This document shows positions 10,349 through 20,048 of a stretch of 64,000 nt of DNA, piece after piece. Location of the stretch: positions 1,233-65,232 of the forward strand of contig JASHPE010000213.1 of the NCBI GenBank assembly GCA_030038235.1. Reading direction: 5' to 3'. This DNA is from Terriglobia bacterium (lineage in GTDB: Bacteria; Acidobacteriota; Terriglobia; UBA7540). Position 1 is the stretch's first letter; every line of letters starts with the position of its first letter. Made by a program: the position numbers and the translations under genes. Under the pieces are notes generated by a model. The model did not search any database. It worked only from the letters and a program-made list of their open reading frames with translations, and had not been told where the DNA came from.

Positions 10349-11773
10349 ATGGGCCGGCAAATTCTCATTGATCCCGTCACGCGGTTGGAAGGACACGCCA
10401 AGATCACCTTGCACTTGGACGATGAAGGCGCGGTGGAGGCGGCGCACTTCCACGTCACGCAGCTTCGCGGCTTTGAGAAGTTCTGCGAAGGACGCCGCTT
10501 CTTCGAAATGCCCTATCTGATGTCGCGAATCTGTGGCATCTGCCCGGTCAGCCACCTGATCGCCTCCGCCAAAACCTGCGACGCCATCCTCGCGGTGAGC
10601 ATCCCGGAGACAGCGGCCAATCTCCGGCGCGTGATGAACCTGGCGCAGATTATCCAGTCGCACGCTTTGAGCTTCTTTTACCTTTCTTCCCCGGACTTGC
10701 TGCTCGGTATGGAAGCAGATCCTGGCGAGCGCAATCTCTTCGGGGTTGCGGCGGCGCACCCGGCCCTGGCGCACGATGGCGTCGGCTTGCGGCAATTCGG
10801 GCAGCAGATCATTGAGTCGCTGGGCGGCCGACGCATACATCCCGGCTGGGTGGTGCCGGGCGGGGTGGCCGAGCCGCTGACGGCGGAGCGCCGCGATCGG
10901 ATTTTGGCCGGCATTCCCGAGGCCTTGAGCCGTGTGCAGCGCACGTTGGACTGGTTCAAGCGGACTATCGAGAGCTTCCGCGAGGAGATTCGCACTTTCG
11001 CGAATTTCCCGTCGATGTTCCTCGGGCTGGTCGGTCCCAACGGCGAACTGGAGACCTACGACGGCAAGCTCAGGCTGCGGGGCGAAACTGGAAACCTGAT
11101 CCACGATCAGCTTGACCCGCAACGCTACGCTGAGTTCATCGGCGAGGTTTCGGAGCCCTGGACCTACATGAAGTTCCCCTACTACAAGCCCGCTGGCAGC
11201 GAGCATGGCTTCTACCGCGTGGGCCCACTGGCGCGACTCAACATTGTCAGCCGCTGCGGAACCACTCGTGCCGACCAGGAGCTTGCGGAGTTCAGGGAAA
11301 TGGGTCGCGGCGCCGTTCTGAGCTCATTCCACTACCACTACGCGCGCCTGATCGAGATTCTGCACGGGATCGAACGCATCGAGGAACTGCTCGCGGACCC
11401 GAAGATTCTCAGCAAAGATGTGCGCGCCGTCGCGGAACCGAATCGGCGGGAGGGCATCGGGGTGGCGGAAGCGCCGCGCGGCACGCTGATTCATCACTAC
11501 AAGATCGACGACGAAGGCTTGATCACGTGGGCCAACCTGATCATCGCCACGGGCCATAACAACATGGCGATGAACCGCGGCATTCTGCAGGCGGCGCGGC
11601 ACTACGTGAGCGGCGACCAGATTTCCGAGGGCATGCTGAACCGCGTCGAGGCCGTGATTCGCACTTTCGATCCCTGCCTGAGCTGCTCCACGCATGCGGT
11701 GGGGCAGATGCCGATGCTGGTCCAGGTGGTGGCTCGCGATGGGACGCTCGTTCGCGAGTTGAGGAGAAACTGA
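10349..11773 (+). CDS. hoxH: [NiFe]-hydrogenase large subunit HoxH (group 3d-like)
   Basis: N-terminal 'RLEGH', the L1 motif '[10 protein letters not shown]' and the C-terminal L2 motif 'DPCLSCSTH', followed by a cleavable extension. Confidence 0.9.
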   Translation: MGRQILIDPVTRLEGHAKITLHLDDEGAVEAAHFHVTQLRGFEKFCEGRRFFEMPYLMSRICGICPVSHLIASAKTCDAILAVSIPETAANLRRVMNLAQIIQSHALSFFYLSSPDLLLGMEADPGERNLFGVAAAHPALAHDGVGLRQFGQQIIESLGGRRIHPGWVVPGGVAEPLTAERRDRILAGIPEALSRVQRTLDWFKRTIESFREEIRTFANFPSMFLGLVGPNGELETYDGKLRLRGETGNLIHDQLDPQRYAEFIGEVSEPWTYMKFPYYKPAGSEHGFYRVGPLARLNIVSRCGTTRADQELAEFREMGRGAVLSSFHYHYARLIEILHGIERIEELLADPKILSKDVRAVAEPNRREGIGVAEAPRGTLIHHYKIDDEGLITWANLIIATGHNNMAMNRGILQAARHYVSGDQISEGMLNRVEAVIRTFDPCLSCSTHAVGQMPMLVQVVARDGTLVRELRRN

Positions 11774-12264
11774 TGCCGCGCGCGCTGATTATCGGAATAG
11801 GAAACCCGCTGCGCGGCGATGACGGCTTCGGCTGGCATGTCATCGAACAGTTACGCGACCGGGCCTTGGGGGACTCCGCCGATCTTCTGGCATGTCATCA
11901 GTTGACGCCTGAAGTTGCCGTTCAGGTGGCGCATTCGGAGCGCGTGATCTTTATTGACGCCGCTCGAGGCGAGCCCGCCGGCGAGGTCCGAGTGGAGCGT
12001 GTTGACGGCGTGAACCGGCTTGAGGCCGCGCTTTCGCATCGCCTCGATCCGCCGGCGCTTATTCGTTATGCAAAAGCGCTGTTTGGAAGAGCCCCGGAGG
12101 CGGTGCTGGTGTCGGTGAAAGGCGCGGCCTACGAATTTTCGGAGAACCTCTCGGAGGCCGCGATGAGTGCGGTGCCTGAGGTGCTCAGGGTGGTGGACGT
12201 GCTGCTGGCCGACGGTCGCCCACGGCAAACCGCTGAGATGGAGGGAACATGCCTGGCCGTATAA
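11773..12264 (+). CDS. hoxW: hydrogenase maturation endopeptidase (HoxW-like)
   Basis: '[18 protein letters not shown]' N-terminus, typical of the HyaD/HybD/HoxW protease family. It directly follows hoxH. Confidence 0.8.
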   Translation: MPRALIIGIGNPLRGDDGFGWHVIEQLRDRALGDSADLLACHQLTPEVAVQVAHSERVIFIDAARGEPAGEVRVERVDGVNRLEAALSHRLDPPALIRYAKALFGRAPEAVLVSVKGAAYEFSENLSEAAMSAVPEVLRVVDVLLADGRPRQTAEMEGTCLAV

Positions 12265-13037
12265 AACCCAAGCTCGCGGTCTGGAAGTTCGCCTCCTGTG
12301 ACGGCTGCCAGTTAAGTCTTCTCGACTGCGAAGATGAACTGCTGGCGGTGGCGGGCGCCGTGGAAATCGCGAATTTTCCTGAGGCCTCGCGCGCCGTGGT
12401 CAAGGGGCCTTACGACGTTTCCCTGGTGGAGGGTTCGATCACCACCGCGCACGACGCCGAGCGCATCCACCACGTGCGGCGCGTCTCCAATTTCCTGATC
12501 ACAATCGGCGCCTGCGCCACCGCAGGAGGCATTCAGGCCCTGCGCAATTTCAAAGATGTTCGCGACTTCACCTCCATGGTTTACGCCACGCCGCAATACA
12601 TCGAGACGCTCAACAAGTCCACGCCCATTGTGGACCACGTCCGCGTGGATTATGAGCTGCACGGCTGCCCGATCAACAAGCATCAACTGGTGGAAGTGCT
12701 GAGCGCACTCCTGAACGGAAGACGGCCGAACATTCCATCGCATAGCGTTTGCACGGAATGCAAGCGCCATGGGACGGTGTGCGTGATGGTGGCGCACGGT
12801 ACGCCTTGTCTGGGTCCGGTCACGCACGCGGGTTGCGGCGCGCTCTGCCCGTCGTACAACCGCGGCTGCTATGGCTGCTACGGCCCCATGGAATCGCCCA
12901 ATACCGCCGCGCTCGCGAAGGGTTGGGTGCAATTGGGAGCGAAAGAACCCGATCTGCTGCGTGCATTCCGCAGTTACAACAGTTACGCCGAAGCGTTCCG
13001 CCGCGAAAGCGAAGATCATGAAGAACAAAACCATTAA
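12249..13037 (+). CDS. second [NiFe]-hydrogenase small subunit (group 3b delta-like)
   Basis: '[18 protein letters not shown]' and C-terminal Cys clusters ('[11 protein letters not shown]', '[15 protein letters not shown]'). 262 aa. Overlaps hoxW by 16 nt. Confidence 0.8.
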   Translation: MPGRIKPKLAVWKFASCDGCQLSLLDCEDELLAVAGAVEIANFPEASRAVVKGPYDVSLVEGSITTAHDAERIHHVRRVSNFLITIGACATAGGIQALRNFKDVRDFTSMVYATPQYIETLNKSTPIVDHVRVDYELHGCPINKHQLVEVLSALLNGRRPNIPSHSVCTECKRHGTVCVMVAHGTPCLGPVTHAGCGALCPSYNRGCYGCYGPMESPNTAALAKGWVQLGAKEPDLLRAFRSYNSYAEAFRRESEDHEEQNH

Positions 13038-14307
13038 AGTCGATTTTCTGGCGCGAGTCGAAGGCGAGGGCGGGCTCTACGTCAAGCTCAAAGGCAAGAC
13101 CGTGGCCGACGTCCAGTTCAGGATTTTCGAGCCGCCCCGCTTTTTTGAAGCCTTCATGCGCGGGCGCGATTTCCGCGAGGCGCCCGACATCACGGCCCGC
13201 ATTTGCGGTATCTGCCCGGTCGCTTATCAGATGAGCTCCTGCCACGCCATGGAGAACGCCTGCGGCGTAAAGGTCGAGGGACAACTCCGCTCGCTGCGGC
13301 GCCTGCTTTATTGCGGCGAGTGGATCGAGAGCCACGTGCTGCACGTCTATATGCTCCATGCGCCGGATTTTCTGGGCTATGAGGACGCCATCCAACTCGC
13401 CAAGGACCATCCAGACGCAGTCCAGCGCGGGCTGAAGCTCAAAAAGACCGGCAACGAGATCGTGAATCTGCTGGGCGGCCGGGAAATCCATCCTATCAAC
13501 GTGCGCGTCGGCGGGTTCTACAAGCTGCCCGCCCAACGCGACCTGGCAGAGCTGGCGGAGCACCTGAAGTGGGCGCGCGACGCGGCCTTGGAGACGGTGC
13601 GCTGGGTCGCCACCCTAAAATTCCCGGACTTCGAGCCCGACTATCTGTTCGTCTCGCTGCGGCATCCTGACGAGTATCCCTTCAACGAGGGCCGAATCGT
13701 TTCGAACCGCGGACTCGACATCGGCGTTCAGGACTATGAGAAGCGCTTCGAGGAACAGCACGTGGAGCATTCGACGTCACTGCATTCGGTGCTCGCCGGG
13801 TCGCCGCCTTATTGCGTCGGGCCGATTGCGCGGTACAGCCTGAATTTCGACCGGCTTCCGGAATCAATCCAGCAGGTGGCGCGTGAGGCCGGACTTGGTC
13901 CGGTCTGCAAAAATCCGTTTAGGAGCATCGTGGTGCGCTCGGTCGAGACGCTCTACGCCTGCGAGGAGGCGCTGCGAATCATCGCACAGTACGAGCCTCC
14001 GGAGAGTCCGGCCGTGAAGGTAGAGCCGCGGGCCGCTACCGGATGCGCCTGCACTGAAGCCCCGCGCGGATCGCTCTATCATCGATACCGGATCGACGAT
14101 CAGGGAACGATCCTCGAGGCCAAGATCGTTCCGCCGACTTCGCAGAATCAGAACTCCATCGAGCAGGACCTGCGCCAGTTTGTTGAGCCGCGCATCCATC
14201 TGCCCGAGGCCGAGCTGCAATGGCAATGCGAGCAGGCTGTCCGGAACTACGATCCGTGCATTTCCTGCTCCACGCACTTCCTGAAGCTGACGATCGATCG
14301 TGGATAA
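13018..14307 (+). CDS. second [NiFe]-hydrogenase large subunit (group 3b alpha-like)
   Basis: 'ARVEGEG', L1 '[10 protein letters not shown]' and L2 'DPCISCSTH' with a short C-terminal tail. ATG 13018 overlaps the small subunit by 20 nt. Confidence 0.85.
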   Translation: MKNKTIKVDFLARVEGEGGLYVKLKGKTVADVQFRIFEPPRFFEAFMRGRDFREAPDITARICGICPVAYQMSSCHAMENACGVKVEGQLRSLRRLLYCGEWIESHVLHVYMLHAPDFLGYEDAIQLAKDHPDAVQRGLKLKKTGNEIVNLLGGREIHPINVRVGGFYKLPAQRDLAELAEHLKWARDAALETVRWVATLKFPDFEPDYLFVSLRHPDEYPFNEGRIVSNRGLDIGVQDYEKRFEEQHVEHSTSLHSVLAGSPPYCVGPIARYSLNFDRLPESIQQVAREAGLGPVCKNPFRSIVVRSVETLYACEEALRIIAQYEPPESPAVKVEPRAATGCACTEAPRGSLYHRYRIDDQGTILEAKIVPPTSQNQNSIEQDLRQFVEPRIHLPEAELQWQCEQAVRNYDPCISCSTHFLKLTIDRG

Positions 14308-14331
14308 CCGCTCTACCCTCGGGGCCGCGCC

Positions 14332-14826
14332 ATGGCCAAAATCTTCGTCATCGGAATCGGCAACGAATACGCCCGCGATGACGCCGCCGGCTTGCTTGTG
14401 GCCCGCGGCGTTAAAAAGCAGCCACACGAAGGCGTCGAGGTTCTGGAGCAAAGCGGCGAAGGCGGGAAGTTGATGGAATCGTGGAAAGGCGCAGATGCCG
14501 CGATCGTGATCGATGCTGCCCGATGCGGCGGCGCGCCCGGAACCCTGCATCGCTTTGACGCCGGCCGCGAGCCCCTGCCGGCTGAATTCTTTCGAGGGTC
14601 GACGCACGCCTTCGGGCTCTACGAAGGCTTGGAGGTCGCGCGGTCGCTCGACCAGCTTCCGCGACGGCTGATCGTCTACGTGGTCGAAGGCCGCGACTTC
14701 GCCGCCGGAATCGGGCTCTCAGCGGAACTCGAAGGCGCGATTCCCGCCGTGGTCGCCGCCGTCACCCGGGAGATCTGTGAAATCCAAGACGGCGCTTCTC
14801 TTGAGGCGCAGTCAAACACCCGCTAA
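14332..14826 (+). CDS. second hydrogenase maturation endopeptidase
   Basis: 'VIGIGNEYARDDAAGLLV' N-terminus (HyaD/HybD family). It follows the second large subunit. Confidence 0.8.
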   Translation: MAKIFVIGIGNEYARDDAAGLLVARGVKKQPHEGVEVLEQSGEGGKLMESWKGADAAIVIDAARCGGAPGTLHRFDAGREPLPAEFFRGSTHAFGLYEGLEVARSLDQLPRRLIVYVVEGRDFAAGIGLSAELEGAIPAVVAAVTREICEIQDGASLEAQSNTR

Positions 14827-14870
14827 AGCCGCCGGAGTGCCGTAAGCGCGACTGTGACGGTTCCGATCTC

Positions 14871-14886
14871 GTCACTTCGGAGTGAC
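14871..14886 (+). terminator. weak stem-loop after hydrogenase operon
   Basis: GTCACT-TCGG-AGTGAC hairpin 45 nt after the last stop. The downstream T-run is weak. Confidence 0.3.
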
Positions 14887-15054
14887 TACTTGGGGTTTCC
14901 CGGCGCCCGGGCGACGACCGTGCGATTGCAAGTTGCTGATCACGTTCGTCTTAAATCAGATCGACCATTTGGGTGAATTTGGCGCGCAAAATGCTCTCAG
15001 GCGTTGCGGGTGGCTGTCCGAAGGCCAAGGTTCCGAGGACGCCATGGGAGCACG

Positions 15055-15447
15055 ATGATGCTAATTGGCGAGAGACTCCGACAACTTCGACAACAAAGAG
15101 GGATGACGCGCGCCGACATGGAGCAATCCAGCGGGTTGCTGCGCTCTTTCATCACTCGCGTCGAACTGGGATACTCCATCCCCACGCTTGAAACCCTCGA
15201 GCGATTTGCGGCTGCCTTGGAGGTGCCGCTCTACTGGTTGTTTTACGCCGAGGAATCGGAAGGCGCCTCTACGCGTCCTTGCCGCCGCGCGTCCGACCCA
15301 AAACCCCCACTCCAACTGAAGCCATCCGACAACGAAGTGCGTTTTCTGATGAAGTTGGCCGAAGCAACCGGGAGAAGCGTGGAACCGGATCCCGCCTTTC
15401 TGGTAGATTTTGCCCGCCAGATTGTACTCGGCAAGCCTGAGAATTAG
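15055..15447 (+). CDS. XRE-family helix-turn-helix transcriptional regulator
   Basis: 'IGERLRQLRQQRGMTRADMEQSSGLLRSFITRVELGYSIPTLETLERFAAALEVPL' is a canonical Cro/C1 HTH. Confidence 0.75.
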   Translation: MMLIGERLRQLRQQRGMTRADMEQSSGLLRSFITRVELGYSIPTLETLERFAAALEVPLYWLFYAEESEGASTRPCRRASDPKPPLQLKPSDNEVRFLMKLAEATGRSVEPDPAFLVDFARQIVLGKPEN

Positions 15448-15597
15448 CCTGCGGGTTAGCTTCGCCGCAACCTTCCTTTGGATCCAGCGCCTTACAGGTC
15501 TATTAAATCTTCACATAATCTCAAGACCGCGTTTATTGATCTCCTGACCACGGCTCGCTAACGTCGACGCGTGAAAGATCACGTTCAGGAGGTCAAT

Positions 15598-16350
15598 ATG
15601 TCAGCACACTTGCTTGATGATTTTGCTCGCGCTGAGAACGGCATCGGAACAGACAGCGGACGAACGGCCCGGCCGCCGGCCACCACCTTTCAGCATGCGA
15701 GACGCGATCAGAACGCCGTCTCGGCAGGGCTCGAGCGGCGACTGTTGGTCTGGCTGGCCGAGCGTACGCCATCCAGAGTGAATTCCGACCATCTGACGCT
15801 CCTCGGATTCGGGGCCTCGTTCCTGACCGGCCTCGCGTACTTCCTCGCACGCTGGAACTCGAGCGGATTGCTCGCCGCCACCGCGTGTCTGGCGCTCAAC
15901 TGGCTCGGAGACAGCCTCGACGGCACGCTGGCGCGCGTCAGGAATCTCGAGCGTCCGCGATATGGATTCTACGTCGATCACATGCTCGACACCTTCGGCG
16001 CGCTATTCCTGATGGGCGGGTTGGCCGCGTCAGGCTATCTCGACTGGCGCGTTGCGGCCGGCATGCTGGTGGTCTTCCTGATGCTCGCCATCGAAGTTTA
16101 TCTGGCGACGTATACCCTCGCGGCTTTCAGATTATCCTTCTGGAGGCTGGGCCCGACGGAGATTCGCATCCTGCTTGGGACCGCAAACCTCGTCCTGTGG
16201 TTCCGCCCCTCGACGCGCGTGCTCGGGACATCGTACAGCCTTCTCGATTTCGGCGGATGTGTGGCGATCGCCGCTATGGCGGTCATGCTGACCGTGGCGG
16301 CCGCGCAGCATACGGCAAGGCTCTATCAGGAGGAAAGGCTGAATCATTGA
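15598..16350 (+). CDS. CDP-alcohol phosphatidyltransferase family membrane protein
   Basis: The D-x2-D-G-x2-A-R...G-x3-D-x3-D motif is present as 'GDSLDGTLARVRNLERPRYGFYVDHMLD'. Multiple TM helices. AGGAGG lies ahead of ATG 15598. Confidence 0.8.
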   Translation: MSAHLLDDFARAENGIGTDSGRTARPPATTFQHARRDQNAVSAGLERRLLVWLAERTPSRVNSDHLTLLGFGASFLTGLAYFLARWNSSGLLAATACLALNWLGDSLDGTLARVRNLERPRYGFYVDHMLDTFGALFLMGGLAASGYLDWRVAAGMLVVFLMLAIEVYLATYTLAAFRLSFWRLGPTEIRILLGTANLVLWFRPSTRVLGTSYSLLDFGGCVAIAAMAVMLTVAAAQHTARLYQEERLNH

Positions 16351-16514
16351 GGATCGCAGAATATAGTGAGGGCGTAGCGCGTCCGTCCCCGGCCGCTGTA
16401 GCTGAGGTGTCGCGCCTCAAGGCTTGCGCGGACGAGATGTGCGCGCCACAGCGGGCATGATGCCCGTGCTACGGTGCTTTGGCATCGCTGCACTTCGTGA
16501 GCCCCAATAATCCA

Positions 16515-16543
16515 TTGTCAAACGAGGTCGAAGCGTGTATACT
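16515..16543 (+). promoter_or_regulatory. putative sigma-70-type promoter of cspA
   Basis: TTGTCA, a 17-nt spacer, then TATACT. This implies a 5' UTR of roughly 140 nt ahead of the csp ATG. Confidence 0.4.
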
Positions 16544-16687
16544 GAGCTGTCTTGATCGGTTTTTGTGGCCCATCACCGGATTAGCGCGAGTCCACAAACT
16601 TCTGGTTTGCTGGACTCTTTGTTTTTTGGGGACTGGTTGCGAGAGCAGAACAAGAAATTAAAAATCGAAAAGGAAAACAACACAATT

Positions 16688-16894
16688 ATGGACAGAGAAC
16701 AAGGCACGGTGAAATGGTTCAACAACGAGAAGGGCTACGGATTCATCCAGCGCACTTCCGGTGCTGACGTCTTCGTGCATCACTCCGCCATCCAAGCCGG
16801 CGGCTTCCGGTCGCTGAGCGAAGGCGAATCGGTGGAGTTTACTGTGACCAAGGGTCCCAAGGGCCTGCAGGCCGAGCAAGTAACGAAGATCTAA
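16688..16894 (+). CDS. cspA: cold-shock protein (CspA family)
   Basis: '[15 protein letters not shown]' (RNP1) and 'VFVHHSAI' (RNP2). 68 aa. Confidence 0.95.
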   Translation: MDREQGTVKWFNNEKGYGFIQRTSGADVFVHHSAIQAGGFRSLSEGESVEFTVTKGPKGLQAEQVTKI

Positions 16895-16908
16895 CCCTTG
16901 ATTCAATC

Positions 16909-16936
16909 CGCCCGCGCTCCAGCCGGGGCGCGGGCG
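16909..16936 (+). terminator. GC-rich stem-loop after cspA
   Basis: CGCCCGCGC ... GCGCGGGCG forms a 9-bp stem 15 nt after the stop. There is no strong T-run. Confidence 0.4.
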
Positions 16937-16961
16937 ATCTTCCTGCCAGGGTGAGACCGCA

Positions 16962-17252
16962 ATGCAGATACAATACCTGGGGTTTGAGCCCAAGGCGCGC
17001 AGCCGGGAATATTCCTATCGGGTCCTGGGTCCGCGTTCTGAAACGCGCGAATTCACGCTTTCCATTCTCAACCAGGCCTTCCTCGAAAAGCGCCTGCCGT
17101 ACCAGGATGCAGCGGACTTCTGCTATCGCAGCCTGCAACGCGCCCTCAGCGAGGAAACCAGCGAACAACCGCTGGCTCGCCACTGGACCGTGTCCAACCA
17201 GGACCTGGACGAGTATCAGCAAAAGCATCGTCCCGCAAGGCGGCGCTCCTGA
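16962..17252 (+). CDS. hypothetical protein (96 aa)
   Basis: Compact ORF with a plausible composition, immediately downstream of cspA. No domain recognised. Confidence 0.5.
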   Translation: MQIQYLGFEPKARSREYSYRVLGPRSETREFTLSILNQAFLEKRLPYQDAADFCYRSLQRALSEETSEQPLARHWTVSNQDLDEYQQKHRPARRRS

Positions 17253-17415
17253 CCGAACTCCTGCTTGTGGTGCAGACATCCTGCCTGCGAAAGAGCAGCA
17301 AGGCAGGGTGAGCGAGTCGCAGTCAGGATGCCTGCACCACAGGCAGAACGTAAGCGCCACCCTTCCTTGACGCTCCGGCGGGCGCGTTCCTATAATCGGT
17401 CTGGAGGCAATCCCC

Positions 17416-18435
17416 ATGAGACAAGCCTGGACCGCCGCGTCGTTGCTCTTGGTGTGCGCAGCGGCGGCCGCCGCGCAGACCAGCGCGCCGATCCTGAAGC
17501 CGGATTCTTCAACCCCGCAAGCTTCCGCTCCCCAGGCCTCCTCGCAAAGTCGGATCCGGGTCCAGGTGAACCTGGTTAACGTGCTTTTCACCGTGACCGA
17601 CAAAAAGGGACGAACCGTGCCGGACCTCGACAAGAGCGACTTCAGCGTCCTCGAAGACGGCCAGCCTCAGCCGATCAGCTTCTTCAGCAAAGAAACCGAT
17701 CTGCCACTGCGCATCGGAGTGCTGATCGACACCAGCAACAGCGTCTCCGAGCGGCTGCATTTTGAAGAGGAGGCCGCCGTCGATTTCCTGAGTGAAGCCA
17801 TCCGGCCCGGCAAAGATATGGCCTTTGTGGTGGGATTCGACGTCGAGCCCCAGCTCGTCCAGGATTACACCGACGACGTTGAAAAACTCTCGAATGCCAT
17901 TCGCGGTCTGGCTGCCGGCGGCACCACTTCCCTTTACGACGCCCTCTATTACGCCTGCAAGCAGAAGATGGTGAGTCTTAACGACACCGATGCCAGTGGT
18001 GCGTCCGAGCCCTATCTGCGCCGCGTTCTTATTGTGGTGAGCGACGGCAAGGACACGAACAGCGGCCGATCGCGCACTGAGGCCCTGGAGATGGCCGAGC
18101 GCTCGGAAGCCATCATTTACGCCATCAGCACCAACAACAGCGGCACCAACACGGCCGGCAACGGTACGCCGAACGGGTACAGCTCCGGCGACAAGATCCT
18201 CAAGTACTTTGCCGGCGAAACCGGCGGCAAAGTCTTCTTCCCTTTCGAAGCCAGCGACCTCGAATCGAACTTCAGGGAGATCGCCTCTGAGTTGCGCAGC
18301 CAATACAGCCTGGCTTACACCCCCACCAACAATAAACGCGACGGAACTTTCCGCAAGATCACTGTGGACGTTGACCAGAAGGGTCTGCGGGTCCGCGCCA
18401 AGACCGGCTACTTCGCGCCTTCACCTTCCAGCTAG
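17416..18435 (+). CDS. secreted VWA-domain protein (acidobacterial TIGR03436-like)
   Basis: Signal peptide, 'DFSVLEDGQPQPISFF', MIDAS-type 'LIDTSNS' and a C-terminal 'KTGYFAP'. Paralog of 18546-19559. Confidence 0.85.
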   Translation: MRQAWTAASLLLVCAAAAAAQTSAPILKPDSSTPQASAPQASSQSRIRVQVNLVNVLFTVTDKKGRTVPDLDKSDFSVLEDGQPQPISFFSKETDLPLRIGVLIDTSNSVSERLHFEEEAAVDFLSEAIRPGKDMAFVVGFDVEPQLVQDYTDDVEKLSNAIRGLAAGGTTSLYDALYYACKQKMVSLNDTDASGASEPYLRRVLIVVSDGKDTNSGRSRTEALEMAERSEAIIYAISTNNSGTNTAGNGTPNGYSSGDKILKYFAGETGGKVFFPFEASDLESNFREIASELRSQYSLAYTPTNNKRDGTFRKITVDVDQKGLRVRAKTGYFAPSPSS

Positions 18436-18456
18436 CCGGCGTCGCCGCACCTGGCA

Positions 18457-18518
18457 TTGACGTGGCACGGCCATCCTGGCCGTGGCCATCCAGGGGCCGG
18501 ACGCCCGTGCCACGTCAA
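18457..18518. repeat. long inverted repeat / bidirectional terminator between convergent VWA genes
   Basis: TTGACGTGGCACGG ... CCGTGCCACGTCAA encloses internal GGCCATCC repeats. It is followed by a TTGAATCAGC direct duplication. Confidence 0.55.
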
Positions 18519-18545
18519 ATCGATCATCAATTGAATCAGCTTGAA

Positions 18546-19559
18546 TCAGCTTGACGGGGCGTAGTAGCCGCGCCGCGCCTGCACGTCGTAGTGGCCCGTC
18601 TTCACTTGCACCTTGATGCGACGATAAGTGCCGTCGGCTTTGTTGTTGGAGGGCGTGTAGCCGAGCAGATATTGGGTTCGCAGCTCGTTGGCGATCTCGT
18701 TGAACGCCTCGTTGGTATTGCTTTGATTGTTGGCGCGGAACATGCGGCCGCCGGTGTCGTTGGAGAGCTTGTTCAGAACTCCCTCGCCGCTGTAGCCGAT
18801 TCCAGCCCGCGCATAAAATCGCCGGTCTGAAATCAGGATCGAATAGATGATCACGTCCGCCTGCTGCGCCGCCTGAAGACCCTGGTCAAGGGTCAGTTTA
18901 CTGCCCTCATCCTCACCGTCGGTCAGCAGGATGATCACTTTGCGGCCGATTTCGCTGCGCAGCATGTCGTGCGACGCCAGGTACACGGCATCGTAAAGGT
19001 GCGTGGCGCCTCCCGTGGTGGGGAAGGTGCCCGCCACCGGAGCGCCGCCGCCGTTGATCTGGGTCGTGTCGATCGCCTTGTCGATGTAGGAGAGCGACCC
19101 GGTGAAATCCTGCAGAAGCTCCACGTCCACGTCAAAGTGCAGCACGGCGAAGGCGTCCTTGGGACGCAGGATCTGACTGGCGAACTGTTTGGCCGCCGCC
19201 TGCTCCGCCATCAGCACGTTCCCCTGGCTGGGACTCGTGTCGATGGCCAGCACCAGCGTGAGCGGCGTGTCGGTCTGCTTGGAAAAGTACTTGAGCTCCT
19301 GCGGAGCGTTGTCCTCCAGCACCTCGAAATCGTCTTTGTTGAGATCGGGAACAAGCCGCTTGTGGTCGCGCACCACGGCATAGATGTTCACCACGTTCAC
19401 GTTGACCCTCAACGTGGTGCCCTGATTGGCGGGCGCTTGCTGCGCGTCCTGCGCGTCCTGAGATGAAAACGCCAAGACGATGGCGGGAAGGAGCGCAATC
19501 GAGCAAACCAGCGCCAATCGGAAAGCAGGCAAGGCGAATCGACGAAGAGAATGTGTCAT
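18546..19559 (-). CDS. secreted VWA-domain protein (acidobacterial TIGR03436-like), paralog
   Basis: Same architecture as 17416-18435: 'DFEVLEDNAPQELKYF', 'AIDTSPS' and a C-terminal 'RRGYYAP'. Confidence 0.85.
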   Translation of the reverse strand: MTHSLRRFALPAFRLALVCSIALLPAIVLAFSSQDAQDAQQAPANQGTTLRVNVNVVNIYAVVRDHKRLVPDLNKDDFEVLEDNAPQELKYFSKQTDTPLTLVLAIDTSPSQGNVLMAEQAAAKQFASQILRPKDAFAVLHFDVDVELLQDFTGSLSYIDKAIDTTQINGGGAPVAGTFPTTGGATHLYDAVYLASHDMLRSEIGRKVIILLTDGEDEGSKLTLDQGLQAAQQADVIIYSILISDRRFYARAGIGYSGEGVLNKLSNDTGGRMFRANNQSNTNEAFNEIANELRTQYLLGYTPSNNKADGTYRRIKVQVKTGHYDVQARRGYYAPSS

Positions 19560-19821
19560 AGGAGTCTCCGGCAGCCTCAGTCCCTGATTATGATGCAGAT
19601 CGCAGGAGTCGCGCTACGCGCGATTGAACGCGCTCGAACAGAATCCCGATGGCAAACGACGCGCGAAACGGTTCCAATCGGCAACGGGCACGTGCCCGGT
19701 GTGAGGCTCATGTTCGAATTTCACGTGCATCGTCGCTCACGATTGGATCGAAATCGACTCACATCGGGCCAATGAAGAAGAAATTATCGACGTTGCGCCA
19801 CTCGATGACATCACTTTTTTC

Positions 19822-19850
19822 TTGACAAGTGCTGATGCACTCACTATACA
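19822..19850 (+). promoter_or_regulatory. putative sigma-70-type promoter of a short orphan transcript
   Basis: TTGACA (19822-19827), a 17-nt spacer, then TATACA (19845-19850), in an AT-richer intergenic region. Confidence 0.4.
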
Positions 19851-19920
19851 TTGAAACTGACAACGCGCTCCGCCAGCCGTTGCTGGCGGAAGAATTGAAA
19901 ACGAATGAGAGGAGAATAGA

Positions 19921-19956
19921 ATGCCAGCAAAGAAGAAAGCCAAGAAGAAGAGATAA
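19921..19956 (+). CDS. 11-codon lysine-rich micro-ORF (MPAKKKAKKKR)
   Basis: GAGAGGAG Shine-Dalgarno 6 nt upstream of the ATG. It lies between the putative promoter and an intrinsic terminator. Translation is unproven. Confidence 0.3.
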   Translation: MPAKKKAKKKR

Positions 19957-19982
19957 CTTCTTCGGGACATTCAGACGGAACG

Positions 19983-20017
19983 TTCGGGGATGCAGCGATG
20001 CATCCCCGAAGTTTTTT
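19983..20017 (+). terminator. rho-independent terminator
   Basis: TTCGGGGATGCA-GCGA-TGCATCCCCGAA perfect stem followed by GTTTTTT on the plus strand. Confidence 0.65.
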
Positions 20018-20048
20018 AAGGGCGCTTTTCCTCGCGATTGCGTCTGGA

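Noticed and set aside
2893-14607. Long antisense ORFs opposite the sialidase-like and hydrogenase genes (e.g. 2893-3918, 4099-5121, 5707-6729, 7509-8942, 10343-11206, 12312-13034, 12820-13563, 13864-14607, all minus)
   Set aside because: These are Arg/Ala/Gly/Pro-rich shadow frames typical of high-GC DNA. Each lies opposite a plus-strand ORF with clear catalytic motifs.
16565-16687. N-terminal extension of the cold-shock ORF (109-aa version)
   Set aside because: Csp proteins are about 66-70 aa. The canonical N-terminus starts at ATG 16688, and the upstream part is better explained as the 5' UTR downstream of the predicted promoter.
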